Origin: Clostridiales bacterium
Lineage (GTDB): Bacteria > Bacillota > Clostridia > Christensenellales > CAG-138
Assembly (NCBI GenBank): GCA_012517905.1
Contig: JAAYUE010000024.1
Coordinates: 7,186-71,185 of the forward strand
DNA length: 64,000 nt
Direction: 5' to 3'
Positions 19,135-28,317 of this stretch are shown here, one piece after another; within the stretch, counting starts at the first letter, position 1; the number at the start of each line of letters is the position of its first letter. Below the pieces are notes generated by a model that worked only from the letters and a program-made list of their open reading frames with translations, did no database searches and was not told where the DNA came from. A program made the position numbers and the translations under genes.

Positions 19135-19282
19135 GACACTTCACTGTGGGCCGGTTGGCTTCCTTCCTGATTCTTTGAATGCGGCGCGGCCTCGCAGACT
19201 GAACCTGGCGGGTTCAGCCTTGTGCCACATGGGCATGTATACAGGCAAGCGCAGCGTGCGCTTGTGGGGAAGCGAAAGGAAG

Positions 19283-19969
19283 TCAGTGCATCAGCGCGAT
19301 GGTCAGCGCGATGCACGCCTGACCCAGATAGTAGAGCGAGAGGTTGAGCGCGCGAAACGCGGGATACGGCCGCCTGCCAAACTGATGGAGCACAAGCAGC
19401 ACATCGCTTGCGGCAAACAGCAGGCCGCCCGCGGCGAAGAGCGCACGGCCGGGATTCTGCGGCTCCAGCGCAAAGAGCGCGAGCGCGCATGCGGCCATGA
19501 GAATCACGATGCAGAGGTACACGATGCCGAATATCCGGATTGCGCCGGACACCTCGACGCGCTTGAGCACAAACCGGATGACGACCGCCGCCGCGGCGGC
19601 CGCGACCGGCAGCGCGTAGAGCAGCGCCAGAGGCGCGCGCGCGGCCAGCGCGGAAAGGTAAGCGACGTGGCCGAGCAAAAACGCGGCGATGCCGACGAGA
19701 AAGATGGCTTTGGCGCGCATCGTTACGACGAAGCGCAGGTTCAGGCAGATATCCCCGACCGCGCCGAGCAGGAGACCGGCCAGTATGAGCCGTGCGTAAA
19801 GAACATCCGCCGTAAGTTGACCGGCGAATCCGCCGGCGAGCACGAACAGCAGAGAAGCCGCGCCTTTGAACAGAAGCGCGGCGAGGAATTTTTTCCTGGA
19901 TTCTAGTGTGATGAAGACCGCCTCCGCGGCGCACCCGCAGAGTAAAATGGCGGCAATCAGCGGCAGCAT
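19283..19969 (-). CDS. YhhN-family (lysoplasmalogenase-like) membrane protein
   Basis: FKGAAS, GAVGDICL, FLLGHVAY, GGLLFAASD, LYYLGQ. Confidence 0.88.
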   Translation of the reverse strand: MLPLIAAILLCGCAAEAVFITLESRKKFLAALLFKGAASLLFVLAGGFAGQLTADVLYARLILAGLLLGAVGDICLNLRFVVTMRAKAIFLVGIAAFLLGHVAYLSALAARAPLALLYALPVAAAAAAVVIRFVLKRVEVSGAIRIFGIVYLCIVILMAACALALFALEPQNPGRALFAAGGLLFAASDVLLVLHQFGRRPYPAFRALNLSLYYLGQACIALTIALMH

Positions 19970-20391
19970 GGAATCGATTCCCCCCGACGGCAGGCTCCCA
20001 ATTCGATTGCATAAAATTCGAATAGTGGGAAAGCATCCTTATAACAGATTATAACAGTGGTGCTTGATCTATACAATAGAAGCGCACTTTTTTTTCGCTA
20101 TTTTCTTGATCAGTTCTTTGCGGATCGTGCAAATCAGGCGATTGTGTCATTGACAACCGGAACCGAACGTGGTTTCCATTTTCCGGACAAATTGCATATT
20201 ATGTTAGTTTTTACGTATGAATACACGGCGGAATTGTAAAATATGCATCGGGGACGACGATTGGATCGACGGGGTTGGGCGAGATGCGGCTGCGCTGCGT
20301 ACCGGCGGTGATATGGGACTTTTTTTTCTTTTATAAACAACATATGACGTTTTCAAGCCGAAAGCAAGAATTTTCCGGGATCTGTGGATGG

Positions 20392-20426
20392 AAACGGTCC
20401 CCGCGCAGTTTGCGCGGGGACCGTTT
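20392..20426. terminator. Terminator-like hairpin downstream of dfx
   Basis: AAACGGTCCCCGCGCA-gtt-TGCGCGGGGACCGTTT. Confidence 0.8.
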
Positions 20427-20456
20427 GACGCAGGTGGAAATTTTGTGCGTTGCGGA

Positions 20457-20840
20457 TCAGACCGTCGCTTTCCAGAGGCCGTGGAGGTTGCAGTATTCAT
20501 AAGCCGCAACGACCTTCGCGCCGCCGAGCGCGAACTTGGCTTCGGGCGCGCCGCCGACTTCGAGGCACTTGCGCTGTCCGCCGTCGGTGGTCTGCAGATA
20601 GATCCACTCGATGTGGTGCTCTTCCAGCATCGGATGATCGACGCTGCCGATGTGCACGGTGACGGTGTCGCCTTCGATCTTGATCACGGGTACGTGCTTT
20701 TCCTGGCTTGCGTCCACGCTGCCGGGAACGAGCTCGGTCATATTCTGGCCGCAGCAGCTCATGGGTGCGCCGGAAGAGTGAATCATGCCAACGAGGTTGC
20801 CGCAGATGTCGCAGCGGAAGAAGCGGGTTTCACACATCAT
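20457..20840 (-). CDS. dfx: Desulfoferrodoxin (2Fe superoxide reductase)
   Basis: CDICGN...CCG centre I; EKHVP, HPM..EHHI, CNLHGLW centre II. Confidence 0.96.
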   Translation of the reverse strand: MMCETRFFRCDICGNLVGMIHSSGAPMSCCGQNMTELVPGSVDASQEKHVPVIKIEGDTVTVHIGSVDHPMLEEHHIEWIYLQTTDGGQRKCLEVGGAPEAKFALGGAKVVAAYEYCNLHGLWKATV

Positions 20841-21001
20841 GATGTAGTTCCTCCTTGATTTGTTTTGTAAATTTTGGTCGTGGAATTATCGTATTAACCT
20901 GCGCGGCGCCCGCCGAGCGGATGCGTCCGATTGTGAAACTTGCGCTGCGGCACAACCCGCAGCCGTTTGATCGATCCTATCACGTATGATACACCAAAAC
21001 C

Positions 21002-21014
21002 GTGATGATGTCAC
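21002..21014. promoter_or_regulatory. Putative Crp/Fnr-type operator upstream of dfx
   Basis: GTGATGATGTCAC; sister site GTGACTATGTTAC upstream of trxA. Confidence 0.5.
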
Positions 21015-21155
21015 CATTTAATAATAATTCCTGTTAGCGGCATCTATACAACCTACCCATATTCTATATTGAAATTCAAAAAAAAACCAGAAAAGTCAGC
21101 AGAATTTTTCAAAACAAGGTATAATCTTACAAGAGACTTTTTACGGAGGCACAGA

Positions 21156-21812
21156 ATGATACTCGAAACATATCTGCCGATCTGGAAACAACTCACGCCG
21201 GAGGATCAGCGTGCGCTGGAAGAGGCGTCGGCGGTTCGCAATGCGCCCAAAGGGACGATCCTTCACAACGGCTCGGCGGATTGCGTGGGGGTGCTCGTGA
21301 TCAAGAGCGGCCAGCTGCGCGCGTATATCGTTTCCGACGAAGGCAAGGAGGTTACGCTCTACCGTTTGCTTGAGCGGGACATCTGCCTGTTTTCGGCGGC
21401 GTGCATGATGTCCAGCATCCGCTTTGAGGTGACCATCGAGACCGAGAAGGACTCCGAGGTGCTGCTCATCCCGACCGAGACGTATCATGCGGTGATGGAG
21501 CGCAGCTCTCCGCTGGCCAACTATACCTGCCAGGTGCTCGCTTCGCGTTTTTCCGAGGTGATGTGGCTCATGGACCAGATCCTGTTCAAGCGCTTCGACG
21601 CGCGGCTTGCGACGTTCCTGCTCGAAGAGAGCACGATCGAGGACAGCGACACGCTCGAGATCACGCACGAAAAGATTGCAAACCACATGGGCACCGCGCG
21701 CGAGGTGGTCACGAGGATGCTCAAGTATTTTCAGGAAGAGGGCATGGTCTCGCTCGCCCGCGGCGGCGTGACCATCGTCAACCGCGCCAAGCTGGACGCG
21801 ATGGCGGGATAA
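21156..21812 (+). CDS. Crp/Fnr-family transcriptional regulator
   Basis: RBS GGAGG; SGQLRAYIVSDEGKEVTLYRL, ITHEKIANHMGTAREVVTRML. Confidence 0.95.
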   Translation: MILETYLPIWKQLTPEDQRALEEASAVRNAPKGTILHNGSADCVGVLVIKSGQLRAYIVSDEGKEVTLYRLLERDICLFSAACMMSSIRFEVTIETEKDSEVLLIPTETYHAVMERSSPLANYTCQVLASRFSEVMWLMDQILFKRFDARLATFLLEESTIEDSDTLEITHEKIANHMGTAREVVTRMLKYFQEEGMVSLARGGVTIVNRAKLDAMAG

Positions 21813-21900
21813 TCGGATTCGTTTCCGGCAGCGCTGCCGAATCGAGCTGCCGGATCGAATGGAAGCGCAGGAAACGCGTTGCAGTTCCGGCCGGAACTAC

Positions 21901-21936
21901 AAAAGCGCCGTCCGGGTGGAGCCGGGCGGCGTTTTT
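21901..21936. terminator. Bidirectional terminator between Crp and trxA
   Basis: AAAAGCGCCGTCCGG...CCGGGCGGCGTTTTT. Confidence 0.75.
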
Positions 21937-21956
21937 GTCTTGCTTGCAGGTTCTTT

Positions 21957-22265
21957 TTACGGGATCAAGGAGAGAATTTGGGGTTTGGGACGCGCGCCAG
22001 CCGTCTGGTTGACGATCTTGCCGTCCTTCATGACGATGAGCGTAGGGATGCTCATGACGCCAAACTTTGCTGCGAGTTCGGGCTGTTCGTCGACGTTTAC
22101 TTTACCGACTTTGAGGTCCGCCCTCTCTGTTGCGATCTCGTCGATGATGGGAGAAACCATGCGGCAGGGACCGCACCAGCTTGCCCAGAAATCGAGGAGT
22201 ACCGTTTTGCTTTCTTTTAAAACTTCCGCATCGAAGTTATCCTTCGTGATGACTTTCGTGGCCAT
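21957..22265 (-). CDS. trxA: Thioredoxin
   Basis: DFWASWCGPC, KVNVDE, SIPTL. Confidence 0.97.
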   Translation of the reverse strand: MATKVITKDNFDAEVLKESKTVLLDFWASWCGPCRMVSPIIDEIATERADLKVGKVNVDEQPELAAKFGVMSIPTLIVMKDGKIVNQTAGARPKPQILSLIP

Positions 22266-22323
22266 AGCGCTTGCTCCTTTGCTGTTGATGATATTATTCT
22301 ACAAAATGCTACATGTGCATACA

Positions 22324-22336
22324 GTGACTATGTTAC
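22324..22336. promoter_or_regulatory. Putative Crp/Fnr-type operator upstream of trxA
   Basis: GTGACTATGTTAC inside the CAGTG-N9-CACTG palindrome (22322-22340). Confidence 0.55.
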
Positions 22337-22467
22337 ACTGAAAACACACGATATCCCGGTCTGGTTCCAGCGCAAAAAACACCGGAAAACAGCGGTTTTG
22401 CGGCGAATTCTGCGCCCGAGCGGACAGGCGAATGCGTTTCGATGAAAAGGAAAGCAGGGTGATCCAT

Positions 22468-23364
22468 ATGGCAAACAGTATCGAATGCGTCCCCAATATC
22501 TCCAGCGCGGACGCGGCAGTCGTGGAGGCCGCCGCGGCGCAGGTGCGCGCCGTGCCCGGCGTGACGCTGCTGAACACCTCGAGCGACTTGAGCCACAACC
22601 GTTCGGTGATCACGTTCGTCGGCGATCCGGTGGGCGTGGAAGAGGCGGCGGTGCGGCTTGCCAAAGCCGCGGCGGCGCGGATCGACCTGACCAGACATCG
22701 AGGAGAGCATCCGCGCATGGGCGCGGTGGACGTCGTCCCGTTCGTCCCGATTCGGGAGGCGACGATGGCGGAGTGCGTCGCGCTGTCCAGACGCGCGGCG
22801 CAGCGCATCTGGCAGGAGGCGGGCATCCCCGTGTTTCTCTACGAAGCGTCCGCCAGCGCGCCGAACCGTAAAAACCTTGCCGACATCCGCCGGGGCGAGT
22901 TCGAGGGCATGTTTGAAAAGGTGCTGCAGCCTGAGTGGGAGCCGGACTTCGGCGGACGTACGGTGCATCCCACCGCGGGCGTCGTCGCCGTCGGGGCGCG
23001 CGCGCCGCTCATTGCGTTCAACATCAACCTCTCGACGCCGGATGTGGCGATTGCGAACCGAATCGCCCGCGCCGTCCGCGAATCCGGCGGGGGGCTGCCC
23101 TGCGTCAAGGCGATCGGGATCTATCTTTCGGAGCGCGACGCCGCGCAGGTGTCCATCAACATGACGGACTACACCCGCACGCCGCTGCACCGCGCGGTGG
23201 AAGCCGTGCGCGCGGAGGCCGCGAAATACGACGTCGGCATCGTGGGAACGGAGATCGTCGGACTTGCGCCGATGCGTGCGCTGATCGACAGCGCGGCGTA
23301 CTATCTGAACATCGCGCAATTCGACCCGGAGGAGCAGGTGCTGGAATACCGGCTGGACGTATGA
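22468..23364 (+). CDS. ftcD: Glutamate formimidoyltransferase
   Basis: IECVPNIS, HNRSV, HPRMGAVDVVPFVP, PVFLYE, IRRGEFEG, GARAPLIAFN, QVSIN. Confidence 0.95.
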   Translation: MANSIECVPNISSADAAVVEAAAAQVRAVPGVTLLNTSSDLSHNRSVITFVGDPVGVEEAAVRLAKAAAARIDLTRHRGEHPRMGAVDVVPFVPIREATMAECVALSRRAAQRIWQEAGIPVFLYEASASAPNRKNLADIRRGEFEGMFEKVLQPEWEPDFGGRTVHPTAGVVAVGARAPLIAFNINLSTPDVAIANRIARAVRESGGGLPCVKAIGIYLSERDAAQVSINMTDYTRTPLHRAVEAVRAEAAKYDVGIVGTEIVGLAPMRALIDSAAYYLNIAQFDPEEQVLEYRLDV

Positions 23365-23459
23365 TTGTCCCGGCAATCTTTCGCAAAGAGCGGAGAATTG
23401 CATTTTTGTATTCATTGTGCTACGCTCCAATGATATTTTGGCGAAGGGAGCGATAGGCC

Positions 23460-24337
23460 ATGGATATGGAGCTATTGATGTACGCGGCGCTCGACGAAGC
23501 GTATAAAAGCCTTCGGGAGGGAAACAGCGGGTTTGGCGCGGTCATCGCAAAAGACGGCGAGATCGTCGCCGCCGAACATGACCGCGCGCATGCGGATGGA
23601 GACGCGACATCCCACGCGGAATTGAATGCGATTCGTGCCGCGAGCGGGCGTCTCGGCAGAGATTTGGCGGGTTGTGCGCTTGTCTCCACCCATGAGCCGT
23701 GTCCCATGTGCGCCACGGCGATGATCTGGTCGGGCGTCTCCGAGCTGGCGTACGGATATTCCATTGCGGATGCGATCAGACAGGGAAGGAAGCGCATAGA
23801 CCTCCGCTGCGCCGAGCTGATTGAACGGGCGGGCGCGGCGATCGTTGTGCGTGAGGGCGTTTTGCACGATCAATGCGCGGTGCTGTATCGCAGCGATGTG
23901 CGAAAAGAGATCGAACGGCTGCGCTGCGCGGATGAGGCGGCGCTGCGTGCGCTGAACGAGGACTCCGCAAAGAGACGAACGGCATGGTTTGAAAAGCATA
24001 AGGACGAGTTTTCGTTTTTGTCGGACGACTTGCTGGATTCGGCTTACCGGCTGCTGCTGAAGCGGTTTGGCGCAACGCCGGAGGAACTGCCCGTCGTATG
24101 GAAAGACGAAACGAAACTCATCTTCCATTCCGGAAATTTTTGCCCACGCTGGAGGCCTGCAATATCCTCGGACTGGATACGCGCCATGTCTGCAGGCGGC
24201 TGAATGAAGACGCGACCAACCGGCTGATTCGGCAGATTGACGGCCGGCTGCGGTTTGCAAGAAATTATGACCGGCTGCGTCCCGATGCGCCATATTGTGA
24301 AGAAATGATTCTGTTGGATACGCCGGACGGGCTGTAA
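23460..24337 (+). pseudogene. CDA/TadA-fold nucleoside deaminase with Cys-rich C-terminal domain, interrupted by a -1 frameshift near 24145
   Basis: HAELNAI and EPCPMC Zn motifs; frame 1 reads FHSGNFCP, the -1 frame continues PTLEACNILGLDTRHVC...YCEEMI to TAA 24337, followed by a terminator. Confidence 0.8.
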
Positions 24338-24340
24338 TAT

Positions 24341-24375
24341 AAAACGCTTTCGGACGAAACATCCGAAAGCGTTTT
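24341..24375. terminator. Bidirectional terminator
   Basis: AAAACGCTTTCGGA...TCCGAAAGCGTTTT. Confidence 0.88.
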
Positions 24376-24389
24376 GTGATTCGTTGCAA

Positions 24390-25901
24390 TCAAATGGTTT
24401 TGAGCTTGCTCGTGTCCAGCTTGTCGTAGGCGGAGAGGAACGCGTAGAGCTTCTGGGCGATCTTGTGCACGCCGCCGACCGAATTGCTCTCGATGTTCAG
24501 CGGCATGAGCGGGTCGTGCAGCGACATGCGCAGCAAAAACCAGCCGTCGCCTTCGTCCGCGCCAAAGGATACGCGAAGCCCCTCGTAGTTTTCCTTCGCC
24601 ACGTCCCAGCCCTGCCGCGCGGCATAGTCGCCTAGGTCCGTCAGCACGCCGCCGCCGTAGGCCGCAAACTCCGGCACGGTGATGTTCATGCGCACCTCCG
24701 TGCTTTCGGCCGGCTCCGCGAGGGAGTCGATCAGCGAAAACAGCGTGCGGTTCTCCTTCTTCAGCTGCGCCATCTTGATGAGCAGCTTGGTGATCAGATA
24801 CGCGCCGTCGTCGAGAAAATAGTTTTCCTTCAGCGCGCCGTGGCCGGAGGTTTCGATGGCGAGCTGGCTGTCTTTTCCGCTTGCATTGATGCGGATGGAT
24901 TCGTCGATGACGTTCTTGTAACCGCGTTTGAAGCGGTGGTGTACGCCGCCCTTTGCCGCGATGAACTCGGCAAGCCCGCTGGAGGTGATCGAGTCCGTCA
25001 CGATGGTCGTGCCCGGGTGCTCTTCGAGCAGCACGGCGGAGATCAGCGCGATGAGGCGGTTGCGGTTGATCTCTTTGCCGTCGTCAGCAACCGCGCCCGC
25101 GCGGTCTACGTCCGTGTCGAAGATGATGCCCATATCCGCATGGTGATGCAGCACGCATTCCGCGATGGAGTCCATCGCCGCCTTGTCCTCGGGGTTCGGC
25201 TGATGGTTGGGGAAATGTCCGTCCGGCTCGAGAAACTGGCTGCCGGTCGTGTCCGCGCCGAGCGGCTGAAGCACTTTGTCGACAAAAAAGCCGCCCGCGC
25301 CGTTGCCCGCGTCCACGACGACGCGAAATCCCTTGAGCGGATGGTCGTAGTCCTCCGCGTTTACGCCGCTGCGGATGCGCTCGACGAGTCCCTGCGCATA
25401 GACGGAGAGGAAGTCCACCTGCTTCAGCTTGCCGGGCGCGGCGGCGGGGATGAACGCGTCCGCCTGCGCGCTGGCGAGAATGCCCGCGATGTCACGCTTT
25501 TCCAGGCCGCCGTCCTTGGTGAAAAACTTCATGCCGTTGCGGTTCCAGGGCAGGTGGCTCGCGGTGAGCATGATCGCGCCGTCGTACTCGTAGCCCTTGG
25601 TCACGGTGCTCATGAACATGCTCGGCGTGCTGGCGAGGCCGAAGTCCGCGATGTCCGCGCCCATGGCGAGGACGCCGTCCGCGGCGGCGGCGAGCAGCCC
25701 CTCGCCGGAGAGGCGGGAGTCCCGCCCGATGGAGAGACGCAGCTCGCTCTTATGCAGCTTCTCCTGCAGATAGAGCACAAACGCCTTGGAGATATTGATC
25801 ACGGCTTCGGCCGTCAGCGTCACCGGCTGGCCTTCGATGCCCTCCATGGCGACGCCGCGGACGTCGCTGCCGTTTTGCAGCTTGCGATATTCGATGCTCA
25901 T
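24390..25901 (-). CDS. Phosphoglucomutase/phosphomannomutase
   Basis: QNGSDVRG, TASHLP (phosphoserine loop), FDTDVDR, ETSGH. Confidence 0.95.
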   Translation of the reverse strand: MSIEYRKLQNGSDVRGVAMEGIEGQPVTLTAEAVINISKAFVLYLQEKLHKSELRLSIGRDSRLSGEGLLAAAADGVLAMGADIADFGLASTPSMFMSTVTKGYEYDGAIMLTASHLPWNRNGMKFFTKDGGLEKRDIAGILASAQADAFIPAAAPGKLKQVDFLSVYAQGLVERIRSGVNAEDYDHPLKGFRVVVDAGNGAGGFFVDKVLQPLGADTTGSQFLEPDGHFPNHQPNPEDKAAMDSIAECVLHHHADMGIIFDTDVDRAGAVADDGKEINRNRLIALISAVLLEEHPGTTIVTDSITSSGLAEFIAAKGGVHHRFKRGYKNVIDESIRINASGKDSQLAIETSGHGALKENYFLDDGAYLITKLLIKMAQLKKENRTLFSLIDSLAEPAESTEVRMNITVPEFAAYGGGVLTDLGDYAARQGWDVAKENYEGLRVSFGADEGDGWFLLRMSLHDPLMPLNIESNSVGGVHKIAQKLYAFLSAYDKLDTSKLKTI

Positions 25902-26128
25902 TAGTAAACAACCCCGCTTTCCGAAATGACGCGGACCGGCCCGCGCGAAAACGCGCGCCGCGCGCAGCCGGTCTTCCGCTTAATATTTATACAGGGTTAT
26001 TGTCGCATTCCGCCCCGTGTTTGTCAATTGCGCGGCGGCGGCTCGGGCGCGAAAACCGCCTCTTTTACCGCACGCAAAAACATGGTATTCTAAAGACAGA
26101 AACGGGAAGGGGCTTTCAGGCGCACACC

Positions 26129-27319
26129 ATGCGGATCGGACTACTCGGCGGAACATTCAACCCCATCCATCGCGCGCATGTGCAGATGGCGCGCATCGCG
26201 CGGGACGAGGCCAACTTGGATCTCGTGCTGCTCATGGTGGCGGCGGACCCGCCGCACAAGCGGGTGGACGGCGAGGTTCCTTCGAGCGAGCGGCTGCGGC
26301 TGGCGCAGCTTGCGCTCTCGGGCGAGGAACGCATGCAGGCGAGCGACCTCGAGATTCGTCGCGGCGGAAAGAGCTATACGCTTCTGACGCTGCTCGAGCT
26401 GAAGGAACGCTATCCCAACGATACGATCTCCATCGTCATCGGCAGCGACACGCTTGCCGACCTGCCGAACTGGTACCATCCCGATGAGGTGCTCGCGCTG
26501 GCGGACGTACTCTGCGTGCCGCGCATCGGCATCGACGAGCACGACGCGGAGACCGCGCAAATGCTGCGGGAGCGGTTTGGCGCGCGGGTGCGGCTGCTCT
26601 CCGCCAAGGCGGACATGATCTCCTCCTCGGAGATTCGAAGACGGCTCCAGGAAGGACTGCCGACCGAGGACTGGATGCCAGGGCCGGTGGAGCAGGCCGT
26701 TTACGAGGGCGGCGAATATTTTCCCGCGGAGGTGCGCGCGCTGCAGGAAAAGTGCCGCGCGGCGCTCTCGGCCAAGCGCTATCGCCACGTCTGCGGCACC
26801 ATGCGCGCGGCGGCGCAGCTCGCCGTGTTTTGGAAACAGGATGAGAAGCGGGCGCGAATCGCCGCGCTGCTGCACGACTGCGCAAAATGCCTCGATCCGC
26901 TTGCGCAGGAGGTGCTCTCCGGCGACGAGTCGGGTATCGCCCCCGTGCATCACGCGTTTGCCGGCGCGGTGCTGGCGAAGATGGAATACGGCGTGACCGA
27001 CGAGACGATCCTGCGCGCCATCCGCCTGCACACCACGGGCGAATGGGGCATGTCGGACTTCGACGCGCTCATCTATACGGCGGACCTCGTCGAGCCGACA
27101 CGCACGTTTCCCGGCGTGGAGGAGTACCGTGCGCATCTGTCGGCGGATATCGACGCGTTTATGCACGATTCTCTGGCGCGGGTGTGCGGGCTCATCGAGA
27201 AAAAGGGCTGGAAGCGGCACCCCGCATCGATGCGGGCCATCGAATACTACGAAGAAAAACAGCGCGCCAAAAACGCGCGTAACACAAACCATCTGAATCA
27301 AACGGAGGAAAACAATTGA
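26129..27319 (+). CDS. nadD: Nicotinate-nucleotide adenylyltransferase fused to YqeK HD-domain Ap4A hydrolase
   Basis: GGTFNPIHRAH, SYT, IGSD, ISSSEIR; then RYRH, ALLHDCAK, HTTG, YTADLVEP. Confidence 0.93.
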   Translation: MRIGLLGGTFNPIHRAHVQMARIARDEANLDLVLLMVAADPPHKRVDGEVPSSERLRLAQLALSGEERMQASDLEIRRGGKSYTLLTLLELKERYPNDTISIVIGSDTLADLPNWYHPDEVLALADVLCVPRIGIDEHDAETAQMLRERFGARVRLLSAKADMISSSEIRRRLQEGLPTEDWMPGPVEQAVYEGGEYFPAEVRALQEKCRAALSAKRYRHVCGTMRAAAQLAVFWKQDEKRARIAALLHDCAKCLDPLAQEVLSGDESGIAPVHHAFAGAVLAKMEYGVTDETILRAIRLHTTGEWGMSDFDALIYTADLVEPTRTFPGVEEYRAHLSADIDAFMHDSLARVCGLIEKKGWKRHPASMRAIEYYEEKQRAKNARNTNHLNQTEENN

Positions 27320-27729
27320 ACGAAAGCATCAAGCAAAAGGCGCTCGGCATCTGCGAAATTCTGTACAACAAAAAGGCTTCGGACATCGTCGCCATCCACG
27401 TTGCGGATAAAACCATCATTGCGGACTGGTTCGTCATCTGCAGCGGACGCGCCGTGCAGCAGGTCAAGGCGTTGGCGGACGAGCTGGACGAAAAAGCGGA
27501 ATCGCTCGGCCTGACGCTGCGGCGCAGCGAAGGCTATGGCGAGGGGAAATGGATCGTGCTCGACTACGCGGATATCCTCGTGCACATCTTCTTTCCGGAG
27601 GAGCGGAAGTATTACAACATGGAGCGCCTCTGGGACGAAAGCGACAGCGCGATCCGGTATTCCGAGAGGAAGGACGAAGAGGCGCGCGAAAAAACCCGCG
27701 CGAAACAGGAGCAGAAGGATAACGCGTAA
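27316..27729 (+). CDS. rsfS: Ribosome silencing factor
   Basis: TTG start after GGAGG; KKASDI, ADWFVICSG, WIVLDYADILVHIF, YYNMERLW. Confidence 0.95.
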   Translation: MNESIKQKALGICEILYNKKASDIVAIHVADKTIIADWFVICSGRAVQQVKALADELDEKAESLGLTLRRSEGYGEGKWIVLDYADILVHIFFPEERKYYNMERLWDESDSAIRYSERKDEEAREKTRAKQEQKDNA

Positions 27730-27788
27730 TTTGGGCCGCCGGTCCGGCGCGCCCGACACCGGATCTGCCGATCAGGAGGGCGAATAAG

Positions 27789-28001
27789 ATGGAAGAGCAC
27801 GAACTGACCGCGATTCTCAGGCGGTTTGCCGACTCCGGCTGGGAGCTCATCAGCGTCCCGGCGAACGCGTATCTGAGCGGCGAGGACTGCAAAGAGGAGC
27901 TCATCGCCGCCGTGGAGCAGGCGAACGAGGAGTGCGGCAGCTGCGGCTGCGAATACGACGCGCTCTATCGACGCTTTCTCGAGCTGAAACAATCGCTCTG
28001 A
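27789..28001 (+). CDS. Small acidic protein with CGSCGCE motif
   Basis: RBS AGGAGG; host-like codon usage; terminator follows. Confidence 0.82.
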   Translation: MEEHELTAILRRFADSGWELISVPANAYLSGEDCKEELIAAVEQANEECGSCGCEYDALYRRFLELKQSL

Positions 28002-28028
28002 TCCGCTGAACGCATGCGACAGCGGGCC

Positions 28029-28060
28029 AATACGCCGGGAGGATTCCCGGCGTATTTTTT
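28029..28060 (+). terminator. Intrinsic terminator
   Basis: AATACGCCGGGA-ggat-TCCCGGCGTATT then T-run. Confidence 0.85.
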
Positions 28061-28317
28061 GTGCGGCGGCGGAACGGTTCCGTATTTTTTTAAGAAAAAT
28101 AAAAGAAATTGAAAACGATCTGCAACGATTTGCGGATTTGCCGAGTGTTGTCTATAGAAGCGGGTTTGGTCGTTTGCATTCCAAAAATGGTTGTGGCATA
28201 CTGAGTCTGCGGACGAAGACGGATCCGCACCCGGACGGCCTCCCGACAAGCAACCAACCCTGCAGCCGACGCGCGCGGCGGATTTTTTCCCTCCCGCGGG
28301 CGCGGAAAGGAGAGCAT

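Noticed and set aside
26129-27319. NadD-YqeK fusion as a novelty
   Set aside because: These genes are commonly adjacent or fused in Firmicutes
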